DNA of 20,000 nucleotides from Rotaria socialis (Eukaryota): NCBI GenBank assembly GCA_905331295.1, contig CAJNYD010000512.1, positions 54,473 to 74,472 of the forward strand, read 5' to 3'. Shown piece by piece: positions 11,043 to 20,000 of this stretch (position 1 is its first letter; each line of letters starts with the position of its first letter). The notes under the pieces were generated by a model. It saw only the letters and a program-made list of their open reading frames with translations, ran no database searches and was not told where the DNA came from. The position numbers and the translations under genes were made by a program.

Positions 11043-11099
11043 AGTGTGGGCGTGGGTGTGGGTGTGCGTATGGCTTAATAGTAAAACCACACCCACACT
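11043..11099. repeat. Telomere-like (TGTGGG) inverted repeat / stem-loop
   Basis: AGTGTGGGCGTGG (11043-11055) pairs with CCACACCCACACT (11087-11099) with one mismatch. The left arm continues as degenerate (TGTGGG)n. Confidence 0.7.
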
Positions 11100-13458
11100 C
11101 TGTGAAAAATAGAAGTCAGCTGCTGTAAACTTTAAGACACAAAGATTTCTACAGACTTGAAGCCTTTTGTGTTTGATATTATAGTTACTCATAATCTTCT
11201 AGAATAGTTACGAACGCACAACAAATATTATTCAGAATTGAATTTCACAATAGCTTTTCAAATTCGAATCATTGACATAGTACATCTGTTCAATACATGA
11301 AAAGGTCATATTTTCTTCGACTTTTAGCATGCATTCGCATCAGATTTCTATAAATATAAAGGTAAATGAAGATTTTATTTTACCTTCACATCATATACAT
11401 TTCCTACTGAATATCGTTTTGGATCTGTTGGTCACTGAAACTGAAACTTGTCTTCATTCCCTCTTGGCGGTAGTAGCCATTTTATATCTTGTTGCTCTAT
11501 ATGACTTATTTTGGGTTGTTTTGAATTTTCAATTGTTGGAGACTCTTCCACCCAGTGTTTGTATTTGATCACTGAACCCATATTTTCTATTAAGCTTTAA
11601 TTATGTCTGTCAGTTACAGAATCCTCAAGTCGACATCATTCGTGTGTAAAAAAAATCGATAACTGTTCGAAATTATTCATGATAATGTACTTGTTAATTT
11701 TCCATAATTATCTATTTTTGGATTTACTGAATTTATTGCATTATTAACGCAATCATGTTCAAAGAAACGTTATACCTCGTAAGCGCCAAAACATTATGGT
11801 CTGCATAGATGAGTTTAATTCAAACAAATCAATTTTTTATTTTAGTAGTTTATTCTCATCTTCCAATTATTTTTATTTTACTATTATTGGAGTTTATTTT
11901 AGAACTTCAACGTCGTTTAAAATTTTTCGATAATGCTCATTTATGCATTGAAATTTTTCTAATATTTTTATTTGTTATTGCTTGATATTAAGCGATTGTA
12001 AGTAGCAGTAAAATTTTCTCTAACGCAACAATCAATATGTAAAGTTGATAAAATCTTGTCTATACATGTATGTAAATTTCATAATGAGTGCGGATGTGTG
12101 CATGAGTATTGTCTTAAGATATGCCAACACTCATACTCACACCCTGGTAATGTGATGAATAGATCATCCGATGCAAATAACAATACCTCAAACCTTCAAC
12201 CTGATTTTCCCACTGAGTTTGAAAAATTGTTTCAAACAAAAGAAACAAGACCTTGAGGAAATCTTTTATAAAGTAAAAGAGCGAAAGAAAATTTAACTCG
12301 ACTGATTAAGTAATCCAGATACTCAGTTAATTCTAGAATAGAAAGCAATCATATATAATATTGACTGAATTCAATATCTTAAAGGTCAAAACCAATCCAT
12401 TTATTGGACTTTTTATATTCTGGTTATCGATAACAGTCTCGTTACTATTCATCAGTAGACAATAAGTTGCATCAAGCTGTTCCTTTTATTTTCTTCATAG
12501 CAAGCAATTAGACTGAAAATATATCAGTATCATAGTGCTATTAGCAAGAATTATGTCCCTGTACAGCACGATTCGACAACATATTTATTGGATGAGCAAT
12601 TTGATGTCCTCAAAACAAAAAGCGCTGCTGATTTATTGTTGTATTGTGGATGTTCTCTCATCGAAGATACTTGTGAAATCACTGCTGACATCACCTTTGT
12701 TTTTCTTAAAATTTTAATGGCTGTTGATATAGTGCCCATTGCTTACAATAGTGACATGAAGTGTTTTTGTTGCAGTAGGACTTAAAAATTTTTTTTAACT
12801 ACAGTAGCAGTCAGTTCAAATATACATATATGTAACTATATATATTCTTTGCTACCATCGACACATTTAGCCAACGAGTATCAACTACTTATATATTACA
12901 AACAAGACAAAGGATGCGTCCATTTCGATTCTCCAAGAGCATTCAAATGACTGTATTTCATGGTGGTAGATCTTACTCTAATCATGCTGCTCCACTCGGT
13001 AAACACAAATTCGTCATCATGGCTCCCTTTGCGAAATATAAAGCTCATTACAATTATATTTTGTTAAGTCAAAAATAGAAATAACATTTATAGATCAGTG
13101 AAACTGTAGTGTGTATGATATTAGACGTGACTTTGGACGTTCATATTCAATAGGTAGTTTTAATTAAAAACAGAATTGCTTTTAATTATCATAGAAAGAG
13201 TAATAGTAGTTTTCGAAAAATGAGCGATGAACAAATGTTGAAGTCTGATGAATATGTACATTATGTTCTAATAAATAATGGAGTCTCTGAACTAAAAAGA
13301 AGTCTTCTTTTTTGTGCTATTATAATTTTATCTATTGTTTACGAACACCGAGTATACCTTTATTTGTTTATCATATCTTATGCAGATTGATAAAGATTGT
13401 TGTTTTTCTCTCATTCTTTGAAAACAGCTCGTAATTCAATTTCGCATCATCATTCAAC

Positions 13459-14909
13459 ATGTTTACTATCTCTTTTGTGGCAGTTCTTCTTCTAACTATT
13501 ACTAAAATAACAGCATCCACAATAACAGATCCTATACCATTTGGAAACGAACGATTAAATGATTTTTTCTTTGTAAAAAATGGAACCATATTTCACCAGT
13601 TTGTATGTATAAATTGAATTTTTACATTTTTGCAAACATTGAAATATTTTATAAATAAATTTCATAGAACCATGGTGCTTATGGTGGCACTCCCAAAATT
13701 GTTGTAGCATCGCAATATACCTATGTTGAACAAATGGAATCTTCGATTGTAAGAGAAATCAAATGTTTCTCTTATACGCAATCAAGATTTTTGTTGTTCA
13801 TTATGTAGGACGCTTGGATGAATCGTGCAACTGGTTATCGTCAATGTATAACATCAGCAAAACAACGATTATCAACAATGATGAATATTAAGAATGCATC
13901 CGATACTGTCTTAGTCGATAATGCTAGTGAAGGGATTAATGTTATTATAAGAAATTTAGATCCACCATTAGGGCCATCAGACTACATTTTAGATTTATCT
14001 ATTGCTTATGGTCCATTTAAAGGTTTATATCAATGGTTAGGCTCACGTTATGGTGTTAAAGTATTAGAAGTACCCATACAGTGGCCAGTCACTGGTCCAG
14101 CATCGTTCATTGATCCAATAACTGCTGCATTAAAGGCCAATGCTTCTACAATCAAAATTCGTGCTGCTATATTTAGTCATGTTTCTGCATATCCAGCAGT
14201 AATATTACCAGTAAAAGAATTGGTAGAATTATTTCATCAGTATAATATTCCCGTGATTGTCGATGGAGCACATGCACTTGGAAATATTGAAATCAATGTT
14301 GAAGACATGTCCGACGTTGATTATTATTTTACAAATACACATAAATGGCTATATTCAAGTAAAAGTAGTGCCATTCTCTATGTTCGACGTGATCATCAAC
14401 ATTTGTATGTACCCGCACCAGCTGTTGTTGATTCAGCGATGACGGAAGATTTTGAAACAAGATTCATATGGACAGGTACACGCGATCGAACAGCATACTG
14501 TGCTATTTTATCAGCATTAGATTATCGGCAATCGTTGGGTGGTGAAGAACGGATTATGAAATATAATCATGATTTAGCTCAGTATGGTGGTCAATATTTA
14601 TCACGTCTATGGGAAACAAAAATATTATCACCAGAGAATTTACAAAGTTCTATGACGAATGTGCAAGTACCAACAAATAATTTAACAATTTGTCAAATGG
14701 TTGTTGGTCAATTGTATAATACGTATAATACTATGGTCAGTGGAGCTAGTAGCATTGCTCCTGAACTTGGTGATATTCCTTGTTATTTACGATTGTCAGC
14801 ACAGATTTATCAGGAACAGAATGATTGGCACGTTTTAGGGGCATTAGTATTAAAATTATTAAAAGAATTCAATAGTTATATGCCTGAAAAGAAACCATCG
14901 AGATTTTAA
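13459..14909 (+). CDS. PLP-dependent aminotransferase class V, hercynylcysteine-sulfoxide lyase (Egt2)/L-cysteine desulfhydrase/isopenicillin-N-epimerase-like, 441 aa, 3 exons: 13459-13602, 13668-13748 and 13809-14909
   Basis: Two phase-0 introns (13603-13667 GTATGT...TAG, 65 nt; 13749-13808 GTAAGA...TAG, 60 nt) give ...PFGNERLNDFFF...HQF|NHGAYGGTP...SSI|DAWM.... Family motifs are NHGAYG, VDNASEG, VDGAH, TNTHKW (PLP lysine), WTGTRD and LRLSAQIY. An in-frame stop lies upstream of ATG 13459. AATAAA is at 14941-14946. Confidence 0.9.
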
Positions 14910-17900
14910 TTTTATTTTTCGTATTGAAATCATTATCGAGAATAAAGAGCACTATTCAATAAGTTTCAATTAATAATTATTTGCCTATTGATTTTAACTT
15001 TAAGTAGCAATATTAGCGAATAGAAAAGGGCTGTGACTATGATAAATTATTACGTCTCAAGCGAGGGGTGTTTAATGACTGTGGAATAGGATTTCCTTCT
15101 CAGTTCCCAACAGTTTCCCGAGTACGAAAATAAAAAAATACAATATTCAAGATAGTTTTTGCTCTTATCCTCATTTTCATCCGGAAATTTATCTACATGA
15201 ATGTTAGGGTAAAAAAAGTATTTCAGAGAAACGATTATTTTAACTTTCATGAATTGATGAACTATGAGGAAATTGATGACTAGTTCTCGTTTCCCTGAGG
15301 AATTACCATGGCGTTACTGATAATTCCACTTCAGTTTAAGAATTACCATTTCTCACTTTCTGCACACTACTGCAAAGGTTTCATACATGTATACAATAAA
15401 AAATTTAAGCAGTTAGGAACTGATTTAAAAAAGCGTCATCTATCGCAATGCAAGATGCACTAAAAATGTTATTGGAAAAATAAATTGAAATAATTTATTT
15501 CACTCTTTCACTGAATTTAATGTTTATCTAGCCTTATAATTCGGTGGTACCTCCAGTTTATTGACTATTGGGCATCGTGTGTTCTTCTATGTTTTCAACA
15601 TGTTATATATATTATTTATTACCACTTGCTATATTGTCAGAACCAGACGACTCACTCTTTGACTAGTAGATTTTAGCGTCATTTATGCACTGCAGCTATT
15701 ATTTTTCCCTACAATTTTTATTCAATGAATGAAGTACCAAAATATTCTAAGTTTAATCTACAATCAACAGGTGCAGTTTTTTTTGTTCGCAGAGATGCCT
15801 GCAAACTTGATTTTGAGACCAAAACCTCTTTACTTGTGTCATGCTATTGGATTTTCGCGACATCACTATAGAAACGAGTCAATTTCAAGGTGCACTGCTA
15901 ATTAAAAGACAATAAGCTAGAAATCAGGCTATTATGGTAGTGTTACTATTGATATTGTTGATGAAATAGTATAATTATCTTTGGAAAATATTCATTTGGA
16001 AAAATAAACAGTAGATGTCACTGGTGAGAAGTGTCTATGCTATTAAGTTCACAAAAAAAACGTGTTTTGACCCCTCTCACAAGATATCAACTGACAGTGT
16101 TTGTATCGGGGGTAAAAAGCTGCAAAACAACGAGAAAAAACCCAGAGCGAATGATTCAATTTCAACAATCATTTTTTTTCACGAAGAAAAGACAGAGTAC
16201 AAAGTCTCATACACTGTCTTTGTATTGATTCTACTTCAAAACATGCGCGATCTCAAGAACTATTTTTGAGCTTCGCTGATGGTAAGTTGAAAATGGCAAT
16301 GATTGTATATGGAAGAAATACTTGATATTTCACACGGAGACGAGCCAACACACATTTTTCAATTGAACAGTATTTAGTCAGCAAGAAACGACCGGGGTAC
16401 GATTTGAATGCATTGCAAAACGAATGCGAAACACATCTCTTCCATTGATGTTGGTAAATAATGCATTCTCCACATTATGCGGACCATTTTTTTCACTTTT
16501 TCTCTGTTATTATTTGCAACATCGACTGTGAATAAGTACCGGGCGATTGTTTCAATCGGCAAGAGAAATGGCTCGTTGCCTATAGAAATGTGTTGTTGGA
16601 AGGTATTTAATCAATTGCGTTGATCAAATGTATACTCTGCGACAGGTGGTGTTGACTGAGTATTTTTTTTAAGCGAAAAATAGTGTGGAAAAAATATTTG
16701 CATTTCAAAGTATTAGCGTAACGAAACTTGTGAGTGATGAAAGAAAACTATTTAGTAAGTAGGACTAACAGTTTTTTTTAGCGTAACCACAGTATCAAAG
16801 TGTACTTAATGATTTTTCGAAATAGTAGTTTCTTTCTCACTGCGGTAAGATGCTTTTTTTTCGAATACTTAAGCATCTACCTGAATTTAACAGTCCTCTT
16901 GTTAATTTTACCCGAAAATACGCACCGGAGACCCACGATAGGGAACCCGTGGACACTTCTTACGTTGGATAGTCTCTAAATAATTCTCAAACATTTTTTC
17001 ATATGTAGTATAGAAAACGTTCAGGAAATTACTAAATAGCTGGTTGGTGCTAAAAGTGGGCTATTCATTATTTTTACAACTACATTACTTTTAGTTGGAT
17101 TTTTGCACTTTCTCATGAATCCCTCAGGAAGGCTTTAGAAATTTCTCAACCATTTGTTTTCTTTTATCCCTACTCCTCATATTCAAGAACTTGTTAATGA
17201 CGTTTCTCGGAAGAATGTACTAGAACTATTCAGCGTAGGAGATTCAAAAAACGTACACAAAGCTTGGTCGAGATAGTTAAATATGCCAGCGTTTTCATCG
17301 TTACCACATCTCCCATATTTCAATGATTATTCAGAAATTCTGTAAGGGTAATGATGTCCATTGTTGACACATCAACCCTCAACAGTTGCGATTTTATAGA
17401 GACATTTATCCGTCAAACAACTTAGGACGACAGCTCGTTACCAAAGCTAACGTTCTCAAGCTTTTTTCAGATAGAAAAGATTGAAGAATCTGATAAGATA
17501 TTTACGACCAAGACACCACGTTTTGAAACAACGCAGATAATGAGAAAATTTAAGCGCTTTAGAAAGTCTTTACTATCCAAATAATAGATATGATACTGTG
17601 CATAGGATTTAGCTAAAAATATTTTCAGAAACGATTTGAATAGAATCCATCATATTGGATACATTAGTAGATATGCAATGATCTTTTTCTAACAGATGCT
17701 AAGCACTTCTGTTTCGATCCTTGTTTTACTTAACAATATAACAATTGTATGTGATGCATCCAAATGTTATCTTTCTGGTATCGTAACACTGAAAATAATT
17801 TACATGTTAGAAATAAAAGATATGGCGCTTATAATTAGAATCGCTAAAACAATGTCAAACGATTGCCGGAAACATCAAAGAGTGTAGATGCATGCTTTCT

Positions 17901-18380
17901 GACGCGAAACGAGGTAACTCTACTTTCATCAAACAAATATTTATTTATCTTAGTTGTAACAATATAAAAAATTGAAGAGGTTTTACCAGTAAACACAGCC
18001 CCAGCTCATGGTAGCGAACAGGGGCGAAACTATTGTAGAGCAATTGTACTGTGCGCATTCATACGATAACAAAGAATTCGTTTTTTCAATGAAAGAAAGA
18101 TTAGATAGTAGTTGCTCATATACATCTATACTACACACTATCTTTTTATGTTGAGTTATTGGAGTACATTATAGTGTCTAATAGGATTTATTTTCCAATG
18201 CTGTTTCAATGATTTACTTTCAGATAAGTAATTTAAACTTTCATAATGAATTCCAATCAAAATAATAAAAAAAGTAAGTGATGATATTTTGTATTGCACG
18301 AATAGAAAACATGATGCCGTTGCGTCTGCTCGACATTATTGAAAGCTAAAATGCAATAAATGTTGTTGGCTAATTGAAAA

Positions 18381-20000
18381 ATGAATAATTCTGTTTTATC
18401 AGACAAATTTTGGCTCGACTGTCATTTTCATGATGTCGAACAAACATCCATCATGAAACCTGATGAACTTCAAATTAGTTCAAAAGACTATGCTCACTTA
18501 TCAAGCATCGACGATAATTCATTGGATCGTATCCAGGGTTCTATGTTTGGTCTAGCCATAGGTGATGCCCTTGGTGCTCATGTTGAATTCAGACCTCGTA
18601 GCTTTTTGGTGGATAGTCCAGTGACAGATCTAAAAGGCGGCGGAACATGGGGTTTACAACCAGGACAGGTCAGAAATCTAAAATTATCAATTTTCATTTT
18701 GTTCGCCTTTATAGTTTACTGACGATACCTCCATGGCTCTATGTTTGGCTAATTCGCTAATTGCTTGTCAAGATTTTGTTCCGTACGATCAATTAGTCCG
18801 TTACAAATGGTGGTATCGAAATGGCTACATGTCATCGACTGGTCAATGTTTTGATATTGGTGCGGCTACCAGACAATCTATCGAAGAATTTGAAAGACGT
18901 CAAAGAAAATTTGCCCAAGATCATGGTATTCCCTTAGATCACATAGACCTTTTGTCCGATCGTAATCTTCTTCAAGCATTCGATGTTTTGTGTAGTAAAG
19001 ATGGTGTAGCCGGCAATGGAGCCTTAATGCGTCTAGCACCTGTACCACTCTTTTTCTTTCGAGTACCAGAATTGGCTGTTGAATATTCGGGTGTTAGTGG
19101 TAGAATCACCCATGGGGATAACAAAGCATGTGATGCTTGCCGTTATTATGGAGCTCTTATCGTGGCTGCTCTAAATGGTGAAACAAGAGTACAACTGACT
19201 AGCGAAAACTTTTACGATGATCATCAGCAGTGGTTCAGTAATAAAGCTTTGGTTCCTGAAATTATGAAGATTGCAAAAGGATCATACAAAAAACCAGGTG
19301 GCTATGAAGATGGAATTCGAGGGAAAGGATATATTGTTGATGCTCTTGAAGCTGCTTTGTGGGCATTTTGGAGTGATGAGGACTCGTTCGATAAAGGCTC
19401 ATTGAAGGCAGTGAACTTGGGCGGTGATACAGATACAACAGCTGCTATTTATGGCCAGTTAGCTGGTGCTTATTATGGATATAAAAATCTACAACCGAAA
19501 AAATGGGTAGATTCTATCTATGCAAAGGATTTTATTCTTTGTGTAAGCAGCTGGATTACCTACGAAGGGAAAAAATGGTTTGAGAAGCAAGTGAAACCCG
19601 GTGAAAGTCAACTGATTAATTCTTTTGATAGCATGTCGTCCACCTCAATATCAAATATCTCTTTCTTTATGTTGCCCACATCAAATCGAAGTTACAATCC
19701 CTCATTGACTGGGAACTTAAGTTTAAGTCCTCTATTACGTAAGGCAATTCTTCCTTCCGGTCACATAGGAACTCTCTATGATGGATGGCGAGATCAGGTT
19801 CTAGAAAAATTAAGTATTCGTTTGAAAGTGAGTTCCAATGGCTCGTCTCCAGTGATAGAATGTATGATAAAAAGTGGCAAAAAATCAGAGAATAGAAATG
19901 TTCTTCGACTTCTTGATTTTGACATTGATCTCCAGTTGAGTATATTATCGAACTTGGTATCACCAAGTGGTATTGCTTCAGCTGTTAACTATCCATTTTT
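18381..20000 (+). CDS. ADP-ribosylglycohydrolase (ARH/DraG family) fused to a C-terminal stonustoxin-like MACPF/CDC domain; 3'-partial, exons 18381-18668 and 18715->20000
   Basis: GSMFGLAIGDALG...GGGTWGLQPGQ|FTDDT across a phase-0 46-nt intron (18669-18714). Further motifs are FDIG, AGNGALMRLAP, SGRITHG, EAALWAF and VNLGGDTDTTAAIYGQLAGA (DxD at 19426). Exon 2 has no stop through base 20000, so the ORF track missed it. The ARH assignment is high confidence; the C-terminal domain call is moderate. Confidence 0.9.
18669..18714 (+). other. Spliceosomal intron (46 nt) in the ARH gene
   Basis: CAG|GT donor and TTTATAG acceptor. Removal restores the family motif PGQ-FTDDT. Confidence 0.9.

Noticed and set aside
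12056..12785. Cys/His-rich ORF (CKFHNECGCVHEYCLKICQH) and neighbouring short ORFs
   Set aside because: These could be a gene remnant or a metal-binding fragment, but the first has a TTG start, they stop quickly, and I cannot assign a family.
13220..13390. Upstream ATG ORF as an alternative first exon of the PLP enzyme
   Set aside because: It ends in a stop with no convincing in-frame splice. ATG 13459 has an upstream in-frame stop and gives a coherent leader.
15050..16280. Possible degenerate transposon remnants (GAATTACCAT-like repeats at about 15265-15350; TTTTGACCCC...GGGGGTAAAA stem at about 16065-16118)
   Set aside because: No pairable TIRs, TSD or transposase fragment could be defined.
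16300..17900. Stop-interrupted protein-like stretches (16374-16562 minus, about 17160-17400 plus, 17696-17887 plus)
   Set aside because: Possibly old pseudogene debris, but there is no motif or family support.

Overview
AT-rich eukaryotic genomic DNA with short (46-65 nt) GT-AG introns. The gene families and the TGTGGG/TGAGGG telomere-like motifs suggest a bdelloid rotifer (inference). On the + strand there are four genes: (1) an R-S-E-clade ADP-ribosyltransferase-TPR gene broken by one in-frame TAA, (2) an intact two-exon VIT-vWA (VWA5A/PARP4-like) gene, (3) a three-exon PLP-dependent class-V aminotransferase/C-S lyase with an apparent signal peptide, and (4) an ADP-ribosylglycohydrolase whose second exon is missing from the ORF track. 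That exon stays open to the window end and runs into what looks like a stonustoxin/verrucotoxin-type MACPF/CDC N-terminal domain. The - strand carries two disrupted genes: one with a 7-bp-duplication frameshift and one decayed coiled-coil gene. Also present are a 199-bp hAT-type MITE with a perfect 8-bp TSD and telomere-like inverted repeats and palindromes. The most interesting signals are the ARH-pore-forming-toxin-like fusion and the co-location of an ADP-ribose writer, an eraser and a VIT-vWA gene, which may form an ADP-ribosylation-based immunity or conflict locus.
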